DNA of 64,000 nucleotides from Pecten maximus (GCF_902652985.1 NC_047018.1:27032001-27096000); one strand, 5' to 3'; counted from the stretch's first letter, positions 12,787 through 26,344 are shown. The notes: generated by a model not told the origin, from the sequence alone. Translations and numbers: made by a program.

Positions 12787-14029
12787 ACCGAAATATAGTG
12801 TGTGAAACTTTAAATCGAGGGACATCAGCGTAAACTTTACATATTTGGATTAAGTCGAAAATTTCCCTTATCATGGAAACTACTTTATAATACCTATATG
12901 ATATATAGTTATTGATCAACATGCACAATATAGATTACAACGATGAATCGAATGACAATGGATTATTCTGTGGCAGAATTTACGCAACTAGTTTACGTTT
13001 CTATTTAATCACGCTAGGGATTAGGTGTTATTAAAATACCGTCGTGTCTCGGCCGTGTAGCCCTATATCCAGTCACGAGACAAGCGATGTTGTACTGGCG
13101 AGATACTGTCGTTTGGTATTATATGAAAGAATAGCCGGTCTCACTAACATACGCCTACCTCCTGTCTCGTGTGTACGGCACTCAACACTTACATCTATCA
13201 TTGTACATATTGTTAGATATTTATTAGCATTTCTTGAGAAAATCACTTATTGTTAACTTCCATTTGTCTGAAAGAACTGCTTTGACTATTTATTTCACGT
13301 AGAACTCAATTGCATATATACAGGGATTTTCTTATATCTAGCATTGTTAGTTTCGCAATTTAGATGACAAACAGTTTTTGTGAGGAATTAGATAATTTAT
13401 TTTGCCTATTTATTATTAAATAATTACTTATTTACTACAACAGGTCTTATTGTACATCTTTACTTTATGAAAACTAAGTTTCATGTACACGCTGGTATTT
13501 GCCTGACTAATGATTCCATATGTTGTTGATTGCGGCCTTTATAACGCACGAAGAGTATCGCTGTTTCTTTAGTAATACAAAACAGAAAATCAGTACGTGT
13601 CCTTGGTTTCTGATTCTTGTATTATAATACTTCGTAAAAGATCAACTCGACATCCATTGAATGGTTTATAGACTATATAATTCGATAGAAACGACAGCAC
13701 CCTTTAAGAAGTATACGACTCTATAGGTGTGGCATAAAGCACAGGTGTCAAAAGGTATATATTAATTGTCGGTATTATACTCTCAATAATGAAACAGGTT
13801 TTCTTGTTCGTTTAGCTAAAATTCTACACATCGTAAGTCATTGATGGATATTTTTTCCTTGAGCGTAAAGACATCCAATTCTGTCTCTTCTTGATAAATG
13901 GTGTGGTTCTGGTAAAAGGAGAGGAATCCATATTATTCCGTGGGGTGTAAACCATTGTCATCTATCAAAGCCAGCATTCTGCCTATAGACCCTGTTGATA
14001 CATATAGATTAGCATTCCGTACACTTTAT

Positions 14030-15935
14030 TCATCCACCTAGGTTATCATTCAATAAACCGTATTTATCCATCTAGGTTAGCATTCAATAAACCGTATTTA
14101 TCCATCTAGGTTAGCATTCAATAAACCGCATTTATCCATCTAGGTTAGCATTCAATAAACCGTATTTATCCACCTAGGTAAGCATTCAATAAACCGTATT
14201 TATCCACCTAGGTTAGCATTCAATAAACCGTATTTATCCATCTAGGTTAACATTCAATAAACCGTATTTATCCATCTAGGTTAGCATTCAATAAACCGTA
14301 TCTATCCATCTAGGTTAGCATTCAATAAACCGTATTTAACCATCTAGGTTAGCATTCAATAAACCGTATTTATCCACCTAGGTAAGCATTCAATAAACCG
14401 TATTTATCCACCTAGGTTAGCATTCAATAAACCGTATTTATCCATCTAGGTTAACATTCAATAAACCGTATTTATCCATCTAGGTTAGCATTCAATAAAC
14501 CGTATTTATCCATCTAGGTTAGCATTCAATAAACCGTATCTATCCATCTAGGTTAGCATTCAATAAACCGTATTTATCCATCAAAGTCAGCACTCCACAA
14601 ACATTGGTTATCTATCCATGTTAATACTCTACAAACCATGGTTATCTATCTATGTTAACACTCTACAAACCATGGTTATCTATCCATGTTAATACTCTAC
14701 AAACCATGGTTATCTATCCATGTTAATACTCTACAAACCATGGTTATCTATCCATGTTAATACTCTACAAACATTGGTTATCTATCTATGTTAACACTCT
14801 ACAAACCATGGTTATCAATCTATGTTAACACTCTACAAACATTGGTTATCTATCTATGTTAACACTCCACAAACCATGGTTATCAATCTATGTTAACACT
14901 CCACAAACCATGATTATCTATCTATGTTAACACTCTACAAACATTCGTTATCTACCTATGTTAACACTCCACAAACCATGATTATCTATCTATGTTAACA
15001 CTCCACAAACCATGGTTATCAATCTATGTTAACACTCTATAAACCATGGTTATCTATCTATGTTAACACTCTACAAACATTGGTTATCCATCCATGTTAA
15101 CACTCCACAAATATTGGCTATCTATCTATGTTAACACTCCACAAACCATGGCTATCTATCTATGTTAACACTCCACAAACCATGGTTATCTATCCATGTT
15201 AACACTCCACAAACATTGGTTATCTATATATTTTAACACTCTACAAACATTGGTTATCTATCTATGTTAACACCCTACAAACATTGACCATCCATCAAAG
15301 TTGTTGCTGTACATACTATAGTTATCCATCTAGGTTAGCATTCTATAAACTGTAGTTATCCATCTAGGTTAGCATTCTATAAACTGTAGTTATCCATCTA
15401 GGTTAGCATTCTATAAACCGTGGTTGGTTGTCCATCTAGGTTATCATTCTATAAACTATGGTTGGTTTTCCATCTAGGTTAGCATTCTATAAACTGTAGT
15501 TATCCATCTAGGTTAGCATTATGTAAACTATGTTTATCAATATCTAGGTTAGCATTCTATAAACTGTAGTTATCCATCTAGGTTAGCATTCTATAAACTA
15601 TGGTTGGTTATCCATCTAGGTTAGCATTATGTAAACTATGTTTATCAATATCTAGGTTAGCATTCTATAAACTGTGGTTGGTTGTCCATCTAGGTTAGCA
15701 TTGTATAAACTAAAGTTATCCATCTAGGTTAGCATTGTATAAACTTAGGTTATCCATCTAGGTTAGCATTATGTAAACTATGTTTATCAATATCTAGGTT
15801 AGCATTCTATAAACTGTGGTTGGTTGTCCATCTAGGTTAGCATTCTATAAACTGTAGTTGTCCATCTAGGTTAGCATTCTATAAACTTAGGTTATCCATC
15901 TAGGTTAGCATTCTATAAACTTTGGTTATTCATTT
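14030..15935. repeat. 34-bp minisatellite family in three homogenised blocks (A ~14030-14582, B ~14590-15290, C ~15310-15935)
   Basis: A: CATTCAATAAACCGTATTTATCCATCTAGGTTAG; B: CACTCTACAAACCATGGTTATCTATCTATGTTAA; C: CATTCTATAAACTGTAGTTATCCATCTAGGTTAG. The three units align without gaps. Confidence 0.95.
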
Positions 15936-18900
15936 TGGTTAACAAGAAATACAAACCATGGTAATCCATCTGGGTTAACACACAACGAACCAAATGGTTA
16001 TCCATCAATCAATAAAACGAAAACTAGATTTTAACAACAGGTTTACATAGGGACTCTTAAATTCTGCTTCATCAACGCTTTGTAAATCTAGGTCAAATCC
16101 TGGTAACATAAAGATCTCAAGATGAAAACCAAGGTGATGACAACAGAAACATTTGCATTCAAAGAATATCATGGGTTATCACGTTGGAGACCTTCGGTTT
16201 GTCGGGAAAATCAACAGGAATGGCCCTTTCTTGTTCTTGAACATTACCACAATAAATTGCTGAATATTCTATAAATATATGTTTCATCAGTTAGCATCTA
16301 ATTATGAGTCGAGTATACCAGATGCATTTTCCAATGCTTGTCACAATAGAAAGACACCACCACAACTTCACTGCTATTGGGAGGAACAAAGTCTCAGTGT
16401 ACCTTAAATTTATAATGGTGAATTGAAGTGTCTCGAAACTTGAAGAATCCTGTATATTTCAGATAAGATTAAAATGCGTGGCAATACTTGGCGACTTTGA
16501 CGTAATGCTCTGTGATAATATTCGGTGAACAGCATCAACAGCCCTTCACAATTCTGAGGATGTCAAAGATTGTATTTTGGGATCTTGAGATAACTACATG
16601 TTATAATCATATAATTACATATACTTGTATGTACTTATGTTACAATTCATAGGAATGTGACAAACATCAGAGGACTCGTTACCAAACACAGAGTTTATAA
16701 TTCCCCACTCTGCACATTGTGGAAACATTCCCAACAGGTTTTAGTTGTGTTCCTTGGTTAAACTATTAAATTTTTAAACCCAGAGAAACCTTAAAGTTAT
16801 TGATAATCTGCACATCCTCAAAATGCTATATTATGTCTTTTTAAAAATTTTGCAAAAAAGATGGCTAACTTCACATAATTTTTGAATGGAAAATTCATAG
16901 TGGAATGTTATGGCACATCTTTGAAAAACAAAAACAACCAATAGAAAAAAAAATTAAAAACTTTTTTGGAATATCTTGGAAAATAGGTTCTTCCCTTGAC
17001 CCCTTCATTGTGTTCATGTTCATTGTCACTGACAAATGAATAATCTTCATGTAATTGCAAAGTTGAAGTTTCTGATTAATTTATAATATTTCAACAAGTC
17101 AAGAGAGTGTGTATAGTTTGTTTATGGATGGTAGTGTACTTACAGAAATGTTTCATGGGGAAGTATGGTAGTGTGATTATCAGACATAAAAACACCTAAG
17201 TAAAAGCCCTACAAACAACACAACAAAAACAGGGAATTTTCAGCAATTTTATTGCTATAATTAGAACAATGACAATGGAATTACCTAATTGCTGTCAAAT
17301 CAAAATGAATGTAAAATAATGCACCAAATAAACAATAACAGATATTTCACAAAAAAGAAAAGAAAAAAAAAGATACAAAATGTTCCTCTTATTCCAGTAT
17401 TTCACTTACTAACCATTCTGAATTATGTATACTTGCTCTGCATTAAAGAGCATATCAGAATTATACCCAGTAATTGTCCTAAAGACAGAAAATGATTTTA
17501 ACACAAGTAGGAGTTTCTCGGATAAAATGGTTACCAAAGGACATATATTATCTTCAGCTTCTGATCTCTATGGAAACGTGATGATAGGGAACAGTATTGC
17601 CTGTGATTGGACAACAGAAACACAAGTAGCTATATATAAAAATTATTAGCAGCTGATTAATACTTGTCAGCTTAAGGCTGTAAGGCTATATTAGTGGATG
17701 TTAAACCAGTGAAATAAATACTGACATATTTGATGGTTATGGTGATGACAATACATAATACACTGGTCACCAGGGACCCGTTTGTTTCTGTGGACAAATC
17801 ACTTTGTCTTTTTTCCACGGACTTGTTTGTTTATGTGGACAAATCACTTTGTCTTTTTTAAAGTAACACAGCAAGCATTACTCTTGATTGACCTGCAGAT
17901 GTTAATACGGGCCTTGAAAGTCTTTGTCAAGGCTCATCTAAATGTAAACCAACAACTCTGGTCCACTCGTTCAAACAATTCGGATCTCAATAAACTAAAA
18001 AGACCCTAGAGTACTGTGTGGTATATTATTTGAAAACATAATTTCACATAGTTCCTTAAATGTCTCATTCTCTTCTTTATCTTTATAGACATGTCAAAAA
18101 CATTTTTAATTTTTTTTTTTTTTAATTTTTGGTTGTTTTCCTTTTACAACTCAGTTAAGCAACTATTATGGTAAAATGTGGCATTTGTATAAAAAAATAA
18201 TTGGCTGAGAAATCACTGCCAAACAGAGTCCATCCAGAAGACATGGAATTAACCAGTACACATATATATAGCATTATTAGAATAATTTCTGAAAACCATT
18301 TAAACCAACATGACTCAATAAGTCTCATTATTTAGTATTTTCACATTATAACAATGACTTAGTTAATTTTGATTAACAAACTATTGGCAGCATTTCTGAA
18401 GGCCTCCTCCAGTGATATTTCACTGTATAAATAGTTTTCTACTATTCTAGTTGTGTTGGTAAAATAGTGTAAATGAAAATACTTGCTCAATACATCCTTC
18501 AAAAGAACAAAGAAATTAAAGACATAAGAATTAAAAATGTCCACAATAGTATCCATCCTTTCTTTTGATCTTACACTGGAACAGATATTACATACCAGCT
18601 CTACAAACTTTGGTGGGGTTTTCAAGATCCCACTATGTTACATATATAAACAACTGGTAAAACTGGAGACTAATATTCTGTCTCTAGTAATAATGTGTTA
18701 GAAAAGGAATGCTACTTATAATACAATAAAAGCAAAAGTCATTTATGTTAGCCTTGCTATAAATGTACAAAAGCACCACATCAATTAAAACAATAACACA
18801 AAATATTCTCATCTCCAAGGAAGAAAAAGAAAACTCACACTAGTGCATGATTTGGCGAAAGAGCCGCATTGTTATCTTTGGTCCCTTAGTCATTGGTATG

Positions 18901-21900
18901 ACTGCTAGTATTTAAAATACTTATTAAAATTTATCTTGAATAAAATGACGAATTACTGACCTAGCCAGATTGAATCGTCTCCCTTCTGGTAAAAAAAAAA
19001 AAAAAAAAAACGGAAGAAAAACAGAATTGTCTCCCCTCTTGTAAAAGCATAGAACCATTAATAGAGCTTGTACTTTTGAAAGAAATGAATGCTGCCTTAT
19101 TTTCATTATCTTTATTGACATTTTGTTGTTAAAAGTGTTATTAATGACATTTTATATATAACACTATTATATATAACACTAGTCATGTTGAGATTAAATT
19201 TGAATTGATTTATTTAGATCTCTTTCAACAATAAAGAAAATTAAAATATTCAATTTCTACAATTTCTTTTCCTTCTAGAATATTGGATATAACATATAAG
19301 CAAAAATTCTCCACTCTTACTACCCTCAATGAATCATTCACTACCGATTTCCATGCAAAATTAAAAAAGGTGACAATATTAGTAAGTGTACATTGCGTAC
19401 ATGGATCTATCAAACGACAAAAGTAATGCTTACAAAACGGACGAGAAAAACAACAGACCTTTATAATACATAGAAGGCGACACATGTAAACAAGTTGTAA
19501 CACTTGAACAGAGACCTATAAAACTCTCCATTATAGGTCTCTCTGACTAAACTCTCCTCATCTCACCTCTCTTGAACTCTCTTCAATATCATCTTACTTA
19601 CAGCAATACAAAGAAATGTTTCAGCATTTCTACAGTGGTAACCCATAATCTCTATAATTAACTGCTTCCAAGGAATAATGTAACTTTTAAAAGTGACAAT
19701 ACCGGTTTAAAAAATTCAAAACATAATATATTCTGAAATAATGAAAGTGTCCAGCATACAGTTATCTGCAGTCTCGTAAACAAAATCTGTCATTATCAAA
19801 ACAAATTTCAAATACTATCTAATAAAACAGAACACTTTCAAAATATTGCTATTTGACAAAAAAATCTGAATTTGTATAAATATGATTATAGTTTTTAATT
19901 TCAATTCATTATTTCTGAACATTTTGTATGCTTTTTGTTTAACAAAATTGTTTACAAGCTAATCTGTACTTCAAAGCAAAGTGAATCAAAGTAAACACAT
20001 TTTTATCATACAGTTTATGAATATAAACCCCATCCTTTACAATTCACAAGAAATGTAAGAGAATACTGGAAATCTATTTTTCACCTTGAAAATGAATCAG
20101 ATTACAGGAAATGTAAAATAAAATTTAACATATTTTGCATATACATGTATATCAGGGGAATCTAAATTCAAAGAGTGAACATAACTACATTTTTTACTTC
20201 AAATCTTTGAACTAGTTTATAGTAACCATCCATAAGAATTCATATTTGAAGTTAAGAGAAAAAAAAACAACAAACAAACAAAACAAAAAAAACATCCAAA
20301 TTCTAATGCTACATTCTACAATAGTCTGACAGCCTATATAAAAGCAATCAGATTTTGTTCAGACAATTTGTTAACTTAATAATAAATAAGGCAAAATCTT
20401 TATCAAAATTCCCAAAGGAAGTTAAAACAAGGAAATTCATTAATATGAACAATTATATTTATGTTAATATATGAAGACAGAATGAATTACATCAAACCAT
20501 AAAAGTCTTGTAATTTATCAATTTGTCAAGTAGGAAGTATAGTAGATAATTCAAAAGTTCAACTCCCATATCTTAGACGAAAATAATACACTACCAGGTA
20601 TGCTCCTAAACTAAGTTAACAAATCTGCCTCTATGGTCTACCGTTAGAGAAGCATACATATACTCTTCACTAAAGTAAAGGAGTTCCTACTCTTTTAATT
20701 TGTAAACAAGCTAACTGGAGCTGTACCTAACCAAATAACAAGCTACCTGCCCTTTGATAAATAAGCACAATACATGTATTGTAATGCAAAAGTTAATTTC
20801 GTGTGTTGAAAACGTTTATGGTTTGAGTGTAGAAGATTATCATATAATAAGACATTCTACATACATCTATTTTTTGTGTTAAAGATATTTTTCACTTTTG
20901 GAAAATAATGTTCTAGAATATCTCTTTGACTGTTCTGCTTTTATTGTGTCAATTTAAGGAAGTTAACAGGATTTGCACGTTTCTTCATTCCAGACGTGTA
21001 ATTTCCAAGAATTTCAAATCTATAAATAAACCCTATTTTCATAGACAGCCACATGTGGATTTCAAATGTCTACAAAACAATAATTCTAATTGTTTAAATT
21101 AAATTGAATATAAATGTACCAAACCTATACATAACCCTCCAATATGCTATAATTGTACAAATATAGTCAAACCTCACTATCTCCCAAGTTAATGGAGTCA
21201 CGAAAAAACTTCCGATATATCCCAAGAGTTCAAAGAAACCAAGTATATTTTACAATAAATATTTTATTGTTGGAACTGAATGCTTAACTCAAGTTAAACA
21301 GGGTCTTTCGAGTTGTCAAAATTCCAGATAATGAGGTTTGACCATATATTGTACACATGTATCCTCATGACATTAACACGTGTGTGGGTCAATCATTCTG
21401 TACAAAACATATCCAATAAATTTACTGATCACATACCTGGTATGTACCAGACATTATCAATACATGAAGGTTACAATTCTTGTCATTTATCATACTACTT
21501 ATTGATCTGATAAGCACACTGCACTTTACAAAACCTTTTACAAGGATAAGCCTTCATGTGAAAATCAGGTTTGAAGAGAAACATTTTCTAACAATAACGT
21601 TTTATATTGTTTCTCTGGATTGCATTAGCAGATCAGAGAGATATGCAACCTTTTACATGCTTTAGCCCACCAAGTGACCTATGCTCTTTCCCCCCAAAAG
21701 GTAGTGGTACTCTTATAGAGGCAGATGCACTTATAAGGTCTAGTATGGCTATTCACATTGAAAACCAAAGAAGCATGATGCATTTGGATTCAAAATAATC
21801 AGGATACATTCAAAAACATTCAACTCAAAGCTATATGCTACTCCTAATGTTATCACCTCAAAAGTGTTCTATTATGTGAAAACTTTACTTGGAGTTTGAA

Positions 21901-22282
21901 CTTGTTAACATATTAGATATATGTACTGATAAAACTCGAGAAATTCTGAATTGTATCTTTTCAAAGGGAGATAATTCTAAACAATATGCACAATTTGTAA
22001 TGTAGCATATATCCTTAAGTGAAGGCATGTGTATATCCATGATGTCTGGTACAAGTAAGTTCTTGTTTCTTCAGCTGGTTTCCTTAACAGATATGCTGGC
22101 CCATTGACACATTATCATGATTCCAACTTGTCGCCAAGTTCAGAACCTGGATTCCAATAGATCAACCTCTCAGTTTATAAACTGTTTAGAACAAATGTAT
22201 CTAATAGTTGACTGTCCTCTAGATTTCAGAAACAGTCACTACATCTACACATGATCTGTCAATGTTGGTAAGAACTGACCAC

Positions 22283-22539
22283 TTAGTAGGTAAACTTGTA
22301 CACGTGTAGAAACTGATCACTGCCTGTGATGAATAACTGTCCGGATCTGTTCCCTGTTACACTAAGTGGCTTTTGAATGGCTGGCAAAGTAGACCATTCC
22401 TGAAGAAATTTGGCCTCACTATTTAACAACAGCAGACGGTTACCTTGGTGATCCAGGACAAATACAGTGTTGGCTGTTCTGTCGTAAAACAAACCAGTCG
22501 GCAGGAAACCATTCTGTTTGTCACCCTCACGATAAATGT
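22283..22539 (-). CDS. Minus-strand TRIM, terminal coding exon (last NHL blades)
   Basis: In frame after the phase-1 intron; contains VFVLDHQGNRLLLL and KPLSVTGNRSGQLFITG; stop at 22283. Confidence 0.85.
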
Positions 22540-25500
22540 CTGGAATACATAAAAACATACATGCTTGCAAAATGTTCTACAAATTAAAAAGTAAACAGTC
22601 TCTACACAATATGTATCTGAACAACATACACTGCCACCCATTAGTTATTGTACACTTTGCAGACAATATTTTGAAATTCAGTAAATATGATATTGTGTAT
22701 TGTAGTTTTGGCCGGATAACTTCTAATCATAATGTTTTCATAGTCTATAAATAATCAATGCAGTTATTGATGATCTACAAACCTCAAAATGCAACATCTT
22801 TTGCAATACCATATTATGTGTGTTTAAAAAATTTGGTTAAATTGGGAGCATAATTACTTTCATAGAAAAGCAAAATTTTGAAGGGGTAATTCGTGAGGTA
22901 TATATAATGTTATTGAAAGTTTTTTTTATGCACTTTCAATATATATTAAATATCTTAAAAAAATACAATAGTTCCCTCCCTTGACCCTGCCTGAAAGAAT
23001 TTAAGTTTGCTGCTGGCATATAAATCATTTCCATGAAACTGCAAGGTTATGATGCGAAAATAAATCCCACTTGAAATATAAGTGATTTTCAGTACATGTA
23101 TACCATACTTACTGGTGATGATGCCAGAACTGTCCATGAACACCACACTGCTCTGCTGCCAATCACTGTAAACAATTGTCTGGCTCCCTGCACTGTTGGT
23201 CAGACTCATTACGTTGCTCTTAAAACGTTTCTTGTTGGAATGTCTTGGTTGGATTTTATTGGTTGGAGCCCAATATTTCTCCTTCTTAGACCAGTTGTAC
23301 TCGCATATGTTTTGTCCATTACCAATTAGGAGCTGTGTTATGCTCCCAGTTGACAATGGATGTGGTACAGCATCAAGGTCGAAGGTCACCTCTCCCCTTT
23401 CTTTGTTTCCCAGATCGAGGAAACCAAGTGTGTTTTCGCTGCACCATATCAATTTGCCAGCACAGTAGGCCAGGCTGACAGGCTGGAAGGCAGGATGCTC
23501 CTCCAAAAACTCTCCAGAGGTGGCAAACATTTTGATCTTGTTATTACTGCTATCGGCGACTGCAACCTTCTCTGTTCCAATACAAAGTGTGGCTGTAACA
23601 TTGGGTTGAAATTTGTCGGACCGTAGGTAAAGATCAATTCGCCAGAGTGGGGACAGACTAGGAACGCGTATCGGACAAGCACAGGCTCCATTCATATTTC
23701 CCATTGACATTTGTGAATTGAACTTGAAAGAGACAAATTGGTTAGGATGTCCTTGGTTCATTTTCTGCTTTTTTTCATTTTTCATTGATCGTGCCATGGC
23801 AGAATTCTGCTGCTTCTTGTTGCCCTGTTCTGGTTCCACTTTAATCTTGGGCTTCTGTTCTTGTCCTGCATTAGGCTTCTGTGAAGGATCAGTCTGATCT
23901 GCATCTTGTACTGTGCCGTTTTTGTTTTTATTTTTGTTTTTTTGCTTCTTCTTTTTCTTTCCTTCTTCATCTTGCTGTGAGTCCTCCCCTCCTGGTGTAG
24001 GTACAGTAGGGTTTTGCACTTTCTTGACTTTCTGAGGTCGTTGTTCTGGGCCCTGTACCTTTGGAGGATTATTTAAGAAAACTACAGCTTCTTTGATCTC
24101 CCTTGCCTCCTCCTTTTTGATGTGTTTGTTCTCTGCCCTCTGCTTAGCCTTAACTTTATTCTGAACTGACTGGGCATAGTCAAGTCCACGACTGACATCA
24201 ATTTTCTTTGCAATCCACTGTGCCATAGTACACTGGGTAGGCATATCCTCAACCAAGTTGAAGACGTTTTTCCTGTCATAGACAATAAAGAGAGGTTCAG
24301 TTTGGGCCAATCTGAAGACCTTTGACGCCTGTGTATATGGAAGTTTACTCCAGTTGAGAGGTTCAGGGATGACTGTAGAATTCAAGGTTGTTGTCATGGC
24401 ACCCATGAACAGATTTTGGTTGTCCAAAAATTCTTCATCAGTACTCTGTTGTAGAAATTTCAAACAATGTGATTTTACTTCATGAATGCGATCGACAAGT
24501 TTCTGTGCATTCCTCTTTCTCTTCTTTCCCGATTTCATTGTCAAAGTCACTTTTTTGGTAATTGATGCTATGGCCATCTCCTCTTCCTTATCTAGCCTTT
24601 GCTTCAATTCAGCTACTTCAGCTTTAACTTTAGAAATTTCCTTTTCCTGGAGTCGCTGTAAATTATTTAAAGCATCATCATTGGAAGTCAGCTCTCTTTC
24701 AGCATACTGTAACCTTTGTGTCATTCCCAGCATCCTGAACTCAAACTCTCGTTTCCTTGAACTGACTGCCTGGTTGACAGGTAGGACTTTGTGATCACTA
24801 TGTTTAAGGATGACACAATCCCTACAGACAAGATTGTAGCAGTCTTCACAAAAGAAACGAACCTCTTCCTTTTCATGCTCTGGACACATCATATTTTCAA
24901 TGTGCACTTTTTCCAGGGATTCTTGCCAGGACTCTTCATCTAGATCTGTAATTTTATGATCTATGGTGAATCGGGAAAACTTGTGTTTGTCAGCACATCC
25001 TTCACAGAGAAAATCTTTGCATTCAAAACAGATTTTTATTGCTGGTAGGAACAGTGCATTAAGAGCACAGATACTACACTGCTGCGTATCCTTAGCCATA
25101 GCTTTTCCTTCTGCCAGACGCTTAGACAGATGATGTACGGGAAGTGTTGGTGCCTCTTCATAAGTTTCCTCCACTTTACAGATAGGACACTTCAAAGAGG
25201 ACTTCTCCTCTTTACATTGAACCAAGGTTTGGATACAATCTGTGCAGTATGTGTGTAAGCATTTCAGCAGCTTTGGATTTCTGAAGTTTCCACCACAAAT
25301 CCGACATAATCTAAAAACATCTAGGCCCTCAAATGGTCCTTTCAATCCAGATTGTTGTTTAGATTCATCCCCATCTTCTTTGTTCTTTTTCCTTTTCTTC
25401 TTCTTCAATTCATCTTTAGAACAAGTAGCACTGTCTGGGCCTGCCTCTAGATTTAACACTGCTCCAAAAAGTTTTCCTTCCTCGGTAGCGTCTCCCTTTA

Positions 25501-25750
25501 CATCCTCCTCAGCTGAGGAGTCAGTCCCTGACAGCTCTTGGCTGCCATCACTGTCGTCCCCCTCTATCTTATCATCTTCATTCTCCTTGTCTTTCTCTGG
25601 GCCAAAGGAATGAGGTGATAAGGTAGCCTCTGACCCTGGGTCACCATGAGCCTGGATGCCATCCTTATCCATGCCCATTGGTTCAGACAGGTGGGCTGTT
25701 CCCCCTTCTGTTTTAATGCCAAGGTCTGAGGAATTCGGATCCATCATCAT
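22283..25750 (-). CDS. TRIM-NHL-type E3 ubiquitin ligase, ~964 aa, join(25750..23113, 22539..22283)
   Basis: RING (CRIC..CLHTYCTDC..CPIC), B-box1 (CSIC..CFECKDFLCEGC..H..H), B-box2 (CPEH..CEDCYNLVCRDC..H..H), coiled coil and NHL-like repeats. A phase-1 intron (GTAAGT at 23112 to ttccAG at 22540) joins an in-frame terminal exon (NIYREGDKQNGFLPTGL…HVYKFTY*) that resembles the C-terminus of the other TRIM. Acceptor ttttacAG at 25772 lies upstream of the ATG. Confidence 0.9.
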
Positions 25751-25890
25751 AAACACACGTTGCTTTAATTTCTGTAAAATCAAGAGACAGCCTATCATTA
25801 ATAGGACTATTATTCTTCAAACATACAACCAAAATTATATATTCTGATAAAGGTTTGACAAGAATTTATGGATTAAACATGAAAAAGTGA

Positions 25891-25992
25891 AAGGCATACT
25901 GCAAAACATGTCTAGTCTGGTCTGGTTTTCTAGTCCCAATACTGGTCTGATCCAGACCAAACTAGACCATACCATGTTTTATAGTATGCCTT
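25891..25992. repeat. ~100-bp imperfect palindrome (MITE-like hairpin)
   Basis: Outer arms aaggcatact..aaaacatg / catgtttt..agtatgcctt and inner arms ctagtctggtctgg / ccagaccaaactag. Confidence 0.7.
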
Positions 25993-26344
25993 GGAACATG
26001 TTGCCCTTTTATGTTCAAGTCTGGAAAGTTTACCGTATCTGAATAGTCCATAACACAAATACCTGGCACATGTTTAACAATTAAGAGTATGAACCAGGTG
26101 AACAGATACACTGGAAATATCAAATCAAAAATAATATTTAAATGGAAAAAATAGAGATATTTATGAAATCATAATTATGACTGACAATGTATTTTGATCC
26201 GACTGTCAAAGGATTGTAACTCTTGTACATATTGTATGTATGTGGTCAGAATGTATCTCTACAGTATCTGTATGATATCATTTTGTTTTTTCATATTTTT
26301 GAATACATTATCTCAGACTGTAAAATACACTGTAACAATTATTT

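Noticed and set aside
10467-12825. Antisense ORFs overlapping the plus-strand TRIM (and similar ones opposite the minus-strand TRIM)
   Set aside because: Shadow frames of real coding sequence with no recognisable domains.
7586-15935. CRISPR-like appearance of the 34-36 bp partly palindromic repeats
   Set aside because: Units are head-to-tail with no unique spacers, there are no cas genes, and the context is eukaryotic.
16020-16750. Slightly coding-like stretch downstream of the 34-bp arrays
   Set aside because: Only short (<60 aa) frames, with no recognisable motif or consistent splice sites.
22955-23112. C-terminal tail of the 947-aa ORF as given in the ORF track
   Set aside because: Read-through into an intron; a consensus GTAAGT donor at 23112 and an in-frame NHL exon at 22539-22283 explain the real C-terminus.
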